Source: Halocafeteria seosinensis (Eukaryota). From it: a stretch of 53,827 bases of DNA. The stretch is from positions 1-53,827 of the forward strand of contig LVLI01000274.1 of NCBI GenBank assembly GCA_001687465.1. The letters run 5' to 3'. This document shows positions 20,906 through 34,500 of the stretch, in pieces (positions within the stretch are counted from its first letter, which is position 1; each line of letters opens with the position of its first letter). Made by a program: the position numbers and the translations under genes. Under the pieces are notes generated by a model, which searched no databases, was not told where the DNA came from, and saw only the letters and a program-made list of their open reading frames with translations.

Positions 20906-23173
20906 TCATTGGAAGCTTTGTTGACGCAAGCAAAGAAGCGTTGCTGTATTTAGGCAGTGGTTAGTTATGACAGTAATATAGTCCGTTCGATCAAAACTGA
21001 AGGATTTGTCCCGCGCAAGCTCAAGCGGGGAACGGAGGACAGTGCTTGCCCAGTTCCTGCATCTCCCCTTCATCGCTTCCACAAGAGCATTGTCACTGTT
21101 TGCAGAGTTACATAGATGTTTATAGAATTCGGACCACAGGATGTAGATGCTTTGCACAGTATTCATAGTGAGCGCTGTCGACGAGGTTCTCCATTCTTCG
21201 AACAGCTGCGGTGTCCATAGCTCTAGCGAGTTGGCCAACGAACTCAGCAAGTCTATTTGAGTGCGTTCACTAAGATCTGCACATGCAGGAAAGCATATAT
21301 ATATATATAAAACTGGCGACTCGTAATGGTTATCCATGGACAAATTCAAACGAAACAAAACCACGTACCGGCCTCGTAAAGTTCTAAATATCTGAGTGCC
21401 AACTGTAGGTCGTGAGGCTGGGCGGCAGCCAAGTAGGCGATTGTCTCGCCGAGAACGGATACAGGACTATACGCAACTTGTTCGTCCGCTGACCGTTCTT
21501 CGTCGCTTGACCCGTCGCTCGAAGAGTCACTGCTATCATTGCTCCCAACGTGGTTCGATTTCTTGCGCGTTGGCTTCTTCGTTTTCCAAGTTGTTAAGCC
21601 CACAGATCGGGTACGTAACAAGTAAGATAAGGCATCCACAATCCAGCGAGCGAGGGGCACTGTTTCTGTCGCTACTTCGGTTTTAGACGAGCTATCGTTG
21701 AGCTGGTAGAACGCCGTAGTTCTCCGTAAACAGTGGAACGCTCGTTCGATAGCCTCCTGGTATTCCCCAAGATAAAACTTTGTGTACTGTAGGTAGATGA
21801 AAGCAACTTGGTCGGTTCCGAGCACCGAGGATGGAAATTGTAGATACTTTCTACTTATTTGATACCGATACGCTCGCAGTAACGCTTCATATGCAGTATC
21901 ACTTTCCCCATTGTCCGCTGAGCTCGGAATCAGGTGGCGTTTTTCACTGCTATCCTGCTCCTCATCCCGAGAATACTGCAAGAGATATTCCCGCTCGGTG
22001 CTCAGGAGCTTCTCAAAGCACTCATTCGCACTCTCCAACTTTTGCTTGCATTCTCGAAGCTTCGAAAGCTCCGGTATATTTTCTTTCGACGTACGCATGG
22101 ACCAGAATCGGTCAAACAGGAGCGAACGCGATACATTGTCCTTGGTATTCCCCTCATGTCCGTTGAAGGCGAACCCGTCAGTACTGACCGGAAGAGTAAG
22201 TTGGTTCCCTTTCTCCGTTGTATAGATAAACTGTGTCTTGTCCACAACCTCGTCCCGCTCAGGACAAACCATACCCTCTTTTCTTAGTCGATGGAACGCT
22301 GCCTTCAGCCACTGCCAATAAAGGAGAACGCCGTGCAACCCGTTAAATTCCGGATCTGATCTGTATGGCTCCCGAGGAGTCAGTTGTTCTAGTTGCGTAA
22401 GTGCCTCGTCCTCGTAACCATTTCTGATTAAATATCGTACTAAGGCCAAGTTGAAGGGAAGACACTGCACGCAGCGAAGCATTACCGATAAAGAGACTCC
22501 CGCGGGTAAACAGTCATCAGGCCATCAACGAAGAAGCACAACTAACATACTCTTCGCCCATCCCCAGATCGCTTCTCGTTAAAGGTGCCCTCCATTTGTA
22601 TCAGTAAGTGGCATAAGCGCAGGATACGCTTATGCATCGCCTTCCCGCAGTTTTCGAGTACACGAATTACCGCCTGCCAACCAGCGAAGAAACGTAATAG
22701 AGCCATCAACGTTCATTGTTGTCAGCATTATCCAGTGGACGAACTCAGGTCACTTGGGGGCGATATTTCCGGAACGTACCGTAAATATGGATACTGGGTA
22801 CTCCCGGAATTCACCCAGGAGAGTTCCCAAGACATGAGCGGCGCTCTCGTACTCATTGTTGCTTTCCAGCTGTGAGTCCCTCAAACGCAACACAGCAGAC
22901 AAACGACTCCAATATGACAGCCAGAAACATCGACTTCCATGACTGTATTACACGTACCCGGTTCAAAATCGCCCAGACACGAGCCTTGAATGTATCCTCA
23001 ATCGGTCGCAATTGCGCCTGGGATGGCGCATACAGCAGCGGTATGTCGTCTCCCCAACAGGAGTCGACTTTTTTGTAATTGTCATTCTGCTTGATATCTT
23101 CATTAAAGCAGCCAAATGCGCCTTGAATGCCTACTCCTCGATTCATCTCATGGCCATAGTAGCTAGTACCCAC
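20906..23173 (-). CDS. Multi-exon helical-repeat protein, possibly TAF1A/Rrn11-like (Pol I core factor); ends uncertain
   Basis: ORF pieces 22853-23173, 21346-22482 and 20906-21364 are separated by GT-AG introns. The segment LALVRYLIRNGYEDEALTQLEQLTPREPYRSDPEFNGLHGVLLY resembles the TAF1A/Rrn11 TPR-like segment. Contains a basic NLS-like plus acidic patch. Confidence 0.4.
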
Positions 23174-23477
23174 GCCAGCCGAAATTGGATCGATTTACCA
23201 TCTTCCAGAAGCAGCGCTATCAATCATATTTGCAATGCACCTACATACATACATTGCACTACATTTCGAATTGGAAGCAGTTTGCGCTCAGCTGCATGAA
23301 AAGTCGACGTAATGTTTGTCGTGTTATGCACGATCGATCGTCTGTCGTCGAGTAGTTTAGCTAATGGACATTCGTTCGAGATTGTACCATAGTAACTGGG
23401 TAAATTGTGTGTATAGATGTATATGTTTCCTGTTTTCGCCTCTCCTCCCGTTTTCTAGTCTCTGGAAGTGTGTTAGA

Positions 23478-24660
<1,183 letters not shown>

Positions 24661-25476
24661 CTTACTGGTAACCCGTGGTTAACTTTTAGTTAAGCTATCA
24701 TTTCTGTGACAGTTGTACTAGATATACGCATTCCTGGCACTTCTCACTACCACCCTATCTCGGCTTCATGTTCCACGTCAACACCGGTATTCATCCATCC
24801 ACTCGGTTGCTTTGCTGAACCACCAGGTTCACTTCTCGCTGTGCCCTGAGCCCCTTCCCCCTGCCCGAATCGCCGGACCCTACCCGGCTATCGCCGCACC
24901 CGGCACGGCCGACGAGTTTATCTACACATCAGAGAGAATTGGGGAATGTTACAGGACCTTTTGGGACCTTGTTCCGGAGTCATACACGAGAGCAAGAGCT
25001 TACTTTTGATCATCATTGATTTAGGTGAACCTAGACAAGGTAAATAAAGCAATTTGTGAGGCGTGAAGGCCACGGAGTCTGTCCGCTGTTTCCGTCTGTA
25101 TTGCGTCGTGCATGAAGGGCATGGATCCATTGGCGTGCTCATCTGTAATCTGTGGCAATGCTTCGAGGGACATGGTGGGATTCAGCTTATCTAGAATGTC
25201 TAGAGGTACCAAACATGGAGTCGTGGACTTCCTCGACAAGCCCCATGCTTTTTGTTGTTTTCCACAGAGGGACTCCCAAGGGAGACCAAGTCCCCCCATT
25301 GCTCCCTTCCAACATGGTCATTGCTCCCCCTGCTTCCGCCTTTGGGTCGTCTACCTATGCTTTTTGTATTTCCGGGGATGGTATATCGATCAGTCTTTGT
25401 CGTGTATATCCTAAAAGAGAGCTTTCTGGTACACAATTAACTTGTGTAGTTTGTTTCTTGTGTTGCCCTTTTGCAG

Positions 25477-26081
25477 ATGTCTGAAGGCCCGGTTACAGTG
25501 CGTACGCGCAAGTTTATGCGCAACCCTCTTTTGCAGAGGCGTCAAATGGTAGGTGATACTCCACTGCATACAAATGCACCATCGATCATCGGTCACATGA
25601 GAGAGAGAGGGAGGAGTAAATTGTCGCTTTCAGTTTCCCCAACACTGCATTATGGATGGTGCTTGGTTTCCTGCAGGTCGTGGAAGTTATCCACCCAGGT
25701 CGTGCCCCGGTATCAAAGGACGAAATCAGAAAGCAGCTTGCTAAGGTAAGGGCAAACTCGTGATTGGATAGGAAGATAAATGATACCTAGAATTATCCTG
25801 GAACTATGCAGGTATTCAAAGCTGACCCTGAGAACATCTTCTGCTTCGGATTTAAGGTAGCCTTCGGAGGTGGCCGAAGTGAAGGATTCGGACTCATATA
25901 CGATAACATGGACGCCGTAAGGAAATTCGAACCTCGCTTCCGCTTAATTCGTCACGGCCTTGCTGAAAAGAAGAAGCGCACGAGAAAACAGTGGAAGGAT
26001 TTGAAAAAGCAGAAACGTACCACTTGGGGTACTGGTCGTCGTCGTGCTCTGCACAAGCAGAAGCGCGCTCAACAAGACTAA
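25477..26081 (+). CDS. RPS24: 40S ribosomal protein S24 (eS24), 2 coding introns
   Basis: [79 protein letters not shown]...[12 protein letters not shown]. The ATG is immediately preceded by a splice acceptor. Confidence 0.97.
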
Positions 26082-26382
26082 AGAGTGGAGTTTTTACATG
26101 TGCCAAAGGTCCCAAGAGTTATTATTTAGTTGGCCTACGCGTGGGTAACATGCTGGAGGCTGAGCTCCTTCCCCCTCTCGTTTGAATGGAAATAAACATT
26201 CGACACTATGGTTCTGTACACACCATTTATTGGCAGGATTTGATGATAGGCCATTATGAAGAGTCAAAATACACAAAGTGGTGTTGTTGGAGAAGTGTAT
26301 TTGGCACCAGGGGTGGCAATCATAAAAAAAAGGAACTACTTCCAATAAAAAAAGATGATCACCACATAACTGCTGCTTCGGT

Positions 26383-27950
26383 TTATCGACAGTATAGACT
26401 CCTGTCAATCGACGGCGGAATCGGCTGAATCTCCGTTGACAGCTCCTGCTCAATATGATATAAACTATGCCTGTCATCGTAGGTAATAAGGTTAATTGCC
26501 AAACCGAGGTGGCCAAACCGTCCTGATCTACCGATCCGATGCAGATAAGTTTCTGAATTCTTTGGGAAGTCAAAATTAATTACAACATTAACAGTCGGAA
26601 TATCGATACCACGAGTAAACAAATCTGTGCACACCAAATGCCGGGTTGCGCCGTTTCTGAATTCATGGAACACTCTGTTACGGTGTGCTTGATCCATTTT
26701 TGCATGGATATAAAAGCAAGAGTAACCCAATTCTGTAATTTTCTTCGCCAACAATTCGACCCGAGTAACACTGTTACAGAAAATGATACTCTGGTTAATC
26801 TCCAACTTCGAGAACAGCGTATTTAGACAATGGACCTTCTGTCTCTCTTCCACAAACGCGTAAAATTGAGAAATCCCTTTCAACGTAAGTTCGTCCATGA
26901 GATTCACTTCATACGGATTGGTCATGTACTTGTCTTTAAAATCCTTCACCGTAACGGGAAAAGTTGCCGAAAACAGCAAGACTTGACTGTCACGTCTGCA
27001 ACGCGTGACTAACTCTTCTATAACGGGTTGAAATTCTCCAGATAGTAACTTGTCCGCCTCATCAAGGACTACCATTTCGCAATTATTTAATTTGGCCAAA
27101 TTTCGATCTGCTAAATCTCTTATTCTTCCCGGGGTGCCCACAAGAATGTGAACAGGTTCTTCCAAACGCAAAATATCATCGCGTAAGGCTGTGCCACCCG
27201 TAGTGACCATGGTCCTAACATCTAAATGTTTTCCTAATTCTTTTAATACTGCGGAAGTCTGTAACGCTAACTCCCTTGTTGGTACCAATACCAAGACTGC
27301 AAATCAGTCAAGAGTTCTACACTATCCAACTGAGATCAGTTGAGGGGAACGGGAATAGTTCTTACTTTGAATTTTGTTCATCGAAGGATCAACCTTCTCT
27401 AATGCAGGGATACAAAACGCCGCCGTCTTTCCAGTCCCATTTTTGGCTGCAGATACACAATATGTCGTGTATCAGATCGGCTTCCTCATCCCCTCTTGAT
27501 AAGACGTACCCCTCGCTAGAATATTCCTCCCCGCTAACGCAATGGGGATAGCTTCCTCCTGAATGGGCGATGGTTTCTCAAACCCTTTCTCGAAGATGCC
27601 CATTAATAAATCATGTTTCAAGTAATAATCTTCAAAGTCATTTCCTGCAGGCCACGCGTCGCTCAAATCCGTCAGTACTGCCTCTCATTCTCTCTGAGAG
27701 CGACACGCGCCTTACCTTTGGTGCGAGTAACATCTTCGGTTTTGAACCTGGTGTCCTTCTTGGGAGCTTGTCGTCCATGGCCCTGTCCTTGCCCTTGAGC
27801 CTTTTTCTGTGGCTGCAATACCTCAGCTCCTTTATTGTTTCCAGCTGCCGCCGCAGCATAATTGCTGTTTGTAGGTGCTTTATTGTGGGCCATTGCTGGA
27901 CCACCCGCACTGTTACTGTTGGTATGCGGTTGCTGTTTGACGGAAGCCAT
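26383..27950 (-). CDS. DDX6: DEAD-box RNA helicase DDX6/Dhh1/Me31B
   Basis: Introns 27645-27715, 27447-27509, 27297-27365. Motifs [55 protein letters not shown]. Confidence 0.97.
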
Positions 27951-28587
27951 TATATGCTCCAAATATACTGGAAAAACCCAGACAAAACTTCCACTGCAAC
28001 AACAATTTTCACCTGTTGCACCTCGTTAAGGGCCTTTCTTGGTTTCTTCCAGGACGTATGTCCCTTCCACTACCCGATCAATACTCCCTATATACCTCAG
28101 AAACGATCCAATGAATACTACTAAGTGTCATACCAACGTTATGCACAAATTTAGTTCCTTTCACCTCGGCTCCCCAAAATGTAGCACCCCTGTCCTTTTT
28201 TGCTCCCCCAGGAAGACCCTGGGAGGAGTCCCCTGGTTTTCTTTCTCAAGCGTATAATCATTCCGTTCAGATTTCAATCCGGGGTGGAAGCCCGGAAATC
28301 CGGGAGGACGGCAAGTTGTGGCCGTTTAAACAAGGGGGAAACGAACTGAGATGACCGTGTTTGAGTTGTAGACCGTTGCCTTCCCTGTATGGAAGGACTT
28401 CAAGCTCTACATCTGAGGTATCGAAAGTGTCCCCTCAGTTTCAGTCAATTATTCCCTTTGGGACGCTTCCCGAACCACAAAGCCTCATTCAAAGGCAACC
28501 GACAGAACGCGAAGAGGGCGTGCTCAACGGTAAACGCTTGGTCACAAGCCCGTCCCTCCTTCCTCTACAACAGCCGTCTACTGTATA

Positions 28588-31500
28588 ATGTCTGCAGTAA
28601 GTTACACTCTGCGAATAGAAAGGTTAAACAATCCCCTTGGAAATTATGGCTCGCTGGTGCAGTTGGAAGCTGTCCCGCCACGGTGGGAAAAGTTGAAAAT
28701 CGAGAATGGCCCTCCCCCTAGCTCTGGCCATTCATTTACTAAGCTATCTGAGACAGAATTCTTTTTGTTTGGAGGTAAGTTATCACAGAGAAGACAGGGG
28801 GCTTTTCCCGTCCTCAAAGTTCATGGAGCTGCAGGTGTTGTGTACTCGAACAAGACCGCGAACCCGTCGAATGAAGGATGGATCCTAAAACTTGGAAAGA
28901 AGGGTTAGTTCTGCACACCAAAGCATGTTCCAGTATAACGAGTAGTTTAAGAATGTCGCCCTCGTTGCACAGGAGCGTCGTGGAGGAAAGGAAATGCTTC
29001 CGGTTCACTCCCTAGCCCACGCTGGATGCATACGTGTGTTTGTCACCAAGGAACGGCGATTGTATTTGGTGGACAAGCATCAAATATTGAACGCTGCAAC
29101 GATTTATGGGAGTTCAAGCCCACTTCAGGAAAATGGACGTGCAAGAAGACAACAAAACCAAAGCATGAATACAATAAGCTTAAACGTCCGACATCTTCAG
29201 ATGAAGAAATTGAATGGGGCAACGTTTCCGCTAAGGAGAATTACTTCGCCAAGTTTAATGTAGATGCAGCTCCTGCCAGCAGCAAAGCGAGCTTTGACAG
29301 TGACCCGGATGCTCCTTGTCCTCGTTGCGGACACAGCGCTGTTATCCATGGAGACGATATGATAGTCTTTGGGGGCTTTGGCGGAAATGGATACGAACGC
29401 AGAGAATTGAATGATACGTTTGCCTATGACTTAGTTAATAAAAAGTGGAGGAGACTGATTACTTCGGGAGAAGAGCCACTTCCTCGCAGTGGCCATGTGG
29501 CAGCCGTGTTAGGAAGCAAAATGATTGTGCACGGTGGTGCCTCGTCTCATTCCTATTTTGGAGATACTTGGCTATTGGATTGCGCAACACTGGTTTGGAA
29601 CAAATTGCAATTTGCACAATCTTCAGTGCGTACTCCGATTTGGCATGCAGCATCGACTAGCGGTTTTGCCCTTCCCCATACCAAGCTTTTCATCTTTGGT
29701 GGCAACACTAGTTATGAGGATGAAAATGGTAACCCCAGTGAGAAGCTCAACAATGAGTTGCTATATTTCGACTTGGGATGCAACGAACTACGAAAGATTG
29801 CTTGTGGAGGCAAACATCCACCGAAGAGAAGCAACTGCGCAATGGCTTACTCCGCGAACAACTACCGGCTTTTCCTCTTTGGTGGGTTCAATCGCACCTG
29901 GCGAAACGATTTGTACTCAGTAAATCTAGATAGCGTTGTAGGACCCCCGTATGCCGTCATGGACATCTTTCCAAAGAGCGGGCCCGTAACCGGAGAAACG
30001 GAGATCTCTATTAGTGGGCAGGGGTTTGAGAATTATGAATCCGTAACCGTGAGATTCTCTAACCCGTCCAACCCACAAAAATATAAGGAAACACGTGGGA
30101 AAGTGGTTGACGCTCAAACTATTCGAGCCAGTACTCCAGCATTCAATTTCTCTCCTGTAGCCGACGTTCAAATTGCAGCACAAGATGAGCTTCTATCAAT
30201 AACCTCCGTGCGCTTTCAGTTCTTCGAAGTCACCGATGCTCTTTCGACGGTTGCATACGGACCTGGTATTGTAGGTCCTTGCTCTACTGACGCTACTGCA
30301 TGCTTCAAAATACAAGCAATGGACCGTTTTGGCCTGCCCCGTACAATTGGAGGAGACGGATTTTCCGTAAGTGCCCACGCCGTAGGAACATCCGAAACTC
30401 CAGATATCTACCCGGAAGTAGTGGACGAAGAAGACGGCTCTTACAGCGTCAAGTATCTTATACCGGAACCGGGAACCTACGAGATCAGCGTAGAGTTTTG
30501 CGGTACACACAATGGTAGGAAGGGGCCGATACAAGGGAGTCCTTTTCGGGTTGAAATGAGCCCTTCCATCGAAACGGAACAAAACTTGATAAGCACAACT
30601 TGGATCTTGGCTGAGTGTCGAGCAGATGTTGAGGCTGCTGAAAACCTTGCGAAGCATACACTTGATGGGTTGCAGCGTCAAATAGACCCAAAAAATTTGG
30701 ATGATGTCATTACCGTTAAGACTCACTTAACCAACGTGACTCAGAAGGATGCATTCGAGCGCCAGAAGTTTGCCAAGTGCATTGCAATGCGCCGTTTCTT
30801 GCGCAACCAAGAAGGAGTACGAACGAAAGATATTGACAAAATCGAAGCCCAGCAGAAAGCGGCTGAAAACCACTGGGAAGATTGCAAGAAACAAGCACCA
30901 ATTACGAAGATCGCCATCAGCCCCATTGTGAAAGGCCACTTGTCGGAGACAAAGAAGACCATTGAGGCCTTCGAGCAGAAAACGACTAAGATCTTCCGAA
31001 AGTTCCTCAGTTCACAACTGTGGAACTTTAACCTGGCTGAAGCAAGCCGAGCAGGCGTATATAAACAAGAAAAAGAAAACCACGACCTATTACGAAAACA
31101 GCTTGAGAGAATGATTCATCTGGCAAACACGTTTGAAATCAACGGAGTGCTAAACACTGCTCAAACAAATATTGATATAATGAGCGACGAGTTGCTGACA
31201 GCAGATAAACTCTGGAACCTAAATACCACAGTCGAGACTTTCGTAGAGTCTTGTTATGAGACTAAGTGGGCAACGGTCGTCCCCGAAGAAATTGAAGATC
31301 AGACGAAGAGACTTCTGAAACAGTTGGCTTCTCAAGGGCAAGAAAGAGTCCGAGAGACGTCCCTTTTCCAAGGTATATCTGCCAAGCTGAAACAACTGCT
31401 TCATACGTGTCCATTGATACAGTCTTTGAAACACCCATCCATGCGACAGCGACACTGGGAGGCGCTTATGAAGGCTACTAACACCACATTTGTTACTCCG

Positions 31501-34500
31501 TTCGAAGACGAGAACCTCGTTTTGCGGAGCATTGCTAAATTGGACCTGCACAAACACAGTGAGCAAGTGGACGACATAACTGATCAGGCACTTAAAGAGG
31601 CAAAGATGGAAGAAAATCTTCGCAAGTTGAAAGAGACTTGGAAAGACGTTGTGTTCACATACGAGGAGCATGAGAGGTCGAATGGGGAGAAAGCTCACCT
31701 CGTCCGCCTCGGTGAGGAGGAGTACGAGCTCCTCGAAAATGACCAGTTAACCGTTCAAAGCATGAGTAGTAGTCGTTTTGTTGACACTTTCTTTGATGAA
31801 ATCCATTACTGGAAACGTTCGTTGGGAAACGTCAGTGAAGTTCTCGGGGTCTTTGTCGATGTGCAACGCACATGGAGCTACCTCGAACCCTTGTTCATTG
31901 GCAGTGAAGAAGTGAAGAAAGAACTTCCGGAAGATGCCCAGAGATTCGTCACGATTAATGATGGTGTCATCAATACTCTAAAAGAAGCTTGGGAAAAGCA
32001 AAACGTCCTTCAATTGTGCAACGTCGAATCCCTGCTAGGGAAACTGGAAGCTATATGGGCGGACCTGGAAAAATGCCAAAAGAGCTTAAATGACTTTCTC
32101 GCTCAGAAACGGGTAGAGTTCCCTAGATTTTTCTTTGTTTCGAATACTGACTTGTTGGACATTCTCTCTAACGGGAGCCACCCTCCGAAGATAATGAATC
32201 ACGTAAGCAAAGTCTTCCTAGCGGTAGACACGTTCAACTTGGTCGAATCCTCTGACAGAGCGTTTAGTGTCACGGGATGGAAATCATGCGTAGGTTCTGA
32301 GGATATTATACTAGAGCAGCCTCTTCCTTTGAAAGGAAAAGTGGAAAAGTATTTTCAAGATATCTTAGATGCTCAACGGAAATCTCTGAGAGTGAAATGT
32401 GACCAGAGTCTGAAGCGATTTCCAAAGCAGAGTAGAGTAGATTGGATCCTACAAACGCGGGAGAATGATAGCGAAGCACCCCTAGATCCATCTCAGATCA
32501 TGCTACTGGTTGCTGGGATATTTTATGTCCGAGATGTACAGAACGCTTTCAAGAAGTTGGAAAGTGGCGATAGGGAGGCTTTGAAGAAGGAGGTCAAACA
32601 TGTGAAGGAAAACTTGGCAGACCTCATTCGATTGACTCGAAAGCCGTTGGCCAAAAATGTAAGGCAAAGGATAATGAACTTGATTACTATGGACGCCCAC
32701 AGTAGGGACGTAGTAGAACGCCTGATTGCGGAAGAAGTTCAATCCAGTTCCGCCTTCCAATGGCAAAGCCAGTTGAAACAAGCCCATGTCAACGGTACTG
32801 CGATGATTCAGGTGGCGGACGCTTCCTTTGATTATGGCTTTGAATACTTAGGAAATGGTCCTCGTCTAGTAATAACCCCTCTAACCGACAGAATATACGT
32901 GACAGCCACCCAGGCACTAAATCTGTGTATGGGTTGCTCTCCTGCTGGACCTGCAGGAACGGGGAAAACAGAAACTACCAAAGATCTTGCTTCCGCCACT
33001 GGGGTAGTCTGTTACGTCTTCAACTGTTCCCCTGAAATGGACTATCGGACTCTCGGAAATATCTTCAAAGGACTTGGCGCCTCGGGCGCCTGGGGTTGCT
33101 TCGATGAGTTCAATAGGCTTGTGCCCTCAGTGTTGTCAGTTTGTTCGGTGCAGTTCAAGGCTGTCTGCGATGGAATTAGAAGAGGGGAAGATACGGTATC
33201 TATTGATGGGGAATCGGTGGCACTGAAACACTCTGCAGGAGTATTTATCACAATGAATCCGGGATACTTAGGAAGAAGTGAACTTCCCGAAGGGCTGAAG
33301 GCGCTCTTCCGCCCGATCACGGTCATGGTTCCCGACCTAGTGCTGATCTGTGAGAACATGCTAATGGCAGAGGGCTTCGAGGATGCTAAGCTGCTTGCTT
33401 CGAAATTTTACGGTCTCTATTCACTGTTAAGCGAGCTTCTTTCCAAACAAGCTCACTACGATTGGGGTCTTCGTGCTGTGAAATCCGTTCTCGTGGTTGC
33501 AGGTGGTTTTAAAAGGGCTGAACCTGATCTCCCCGAACAACACCTTCTAATGCGAGCACTTCGTGACTTCAACACTCCGAAAATCGTCCAGCAAGATGAA
33601 GCGATCTTTTTCGGACTCTTAAAGGACCTTTTCCCCGGAGTGGACCCTCCTCGGAAGACGAACGAGGCCCTGCAAGAAGCCGTCTTCAGTGCATGTGCCT
33701 CTTTGCAACTCCATCCTGAGGACTCTTTCTGCCTGAAGGTGCTGCAGCTTGAAGAGCTATTAGAAATTCGACACTGTGTTTTTGTGATGGGGGACCCTGC
33801 GGCCGCAAAAACGTCTTGCTGGAAAGCACTGGCAAAGGCCAACCAGAACATGGGTGTAAAGACAAAATACGTGGATCTTAATCCTAAAGCCGTCAGTCCT
33901 TCCGAATTATACGGATTTGTACATCCTGCGACACGAGAATGGAAAGATGGACTTCTGTCCAAGATTATGAGAAACCTCGGGCAAGAGTCGAACACTAACC
34001 CGAAATGGATCATTCTAGATGGCGACCTTGACACCAACTGGATTGAGAGTATGAACTCGGTCATGGATGACAACAAGATGCTTACATTAGCTTCGAATGA
34101 GCGGATTCCTCTGAAAGGCCACATGCGCATGCTTTTCGAGATCCGCGACTTGAATTACGCAAGCCCTGCCACAGTAAGTCGAGCTGGAATTCTTTACATC
34201 TCCAGCGCAAGTGGTGCCCAATGGAAGAGTCTCATTCAAGCGTGGCTAAAACAACTACCAAACGTATCAAAGTATGCTACCAGTGCAGTCCCACTCCTTG
34301 AGAAGATGTTCGATACCTACTGTGGCGAAGCTGTTATCTGGTTACAGAAGAATGTACGCGCTACGGTAACGACCAATCCGGTGGGTTACGTAAGCAGCTT
34401 GCTGCGGCTACTTGGAATTATACTTGATGAAGCGTTGTTCGTTCGTCTATTTGGAGAGGACAGGGCTGTTGATGACGCACAAGCCCAACAGCACTTGGAG

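Noticed and set aside
20580..20906. Possible in-frame TGA readthrough (selenocysteine) extending the TAF1A-like gene (...NDCD*AALEDL...)
   Set aside because: Depends on an unverified splice model; no SECIS recognised and the context is not redox-like. Unresolved 3' splicing is more likely.
24877..25005. ACCCTACCC (telomerase-template-like) and GAGCTTACT (RNase MRP CR-V-like)
   Set aside because: The template does not match TTAGGG or TTTAGGG, and no matching CR-I (GAAAGUC...) partner was found.
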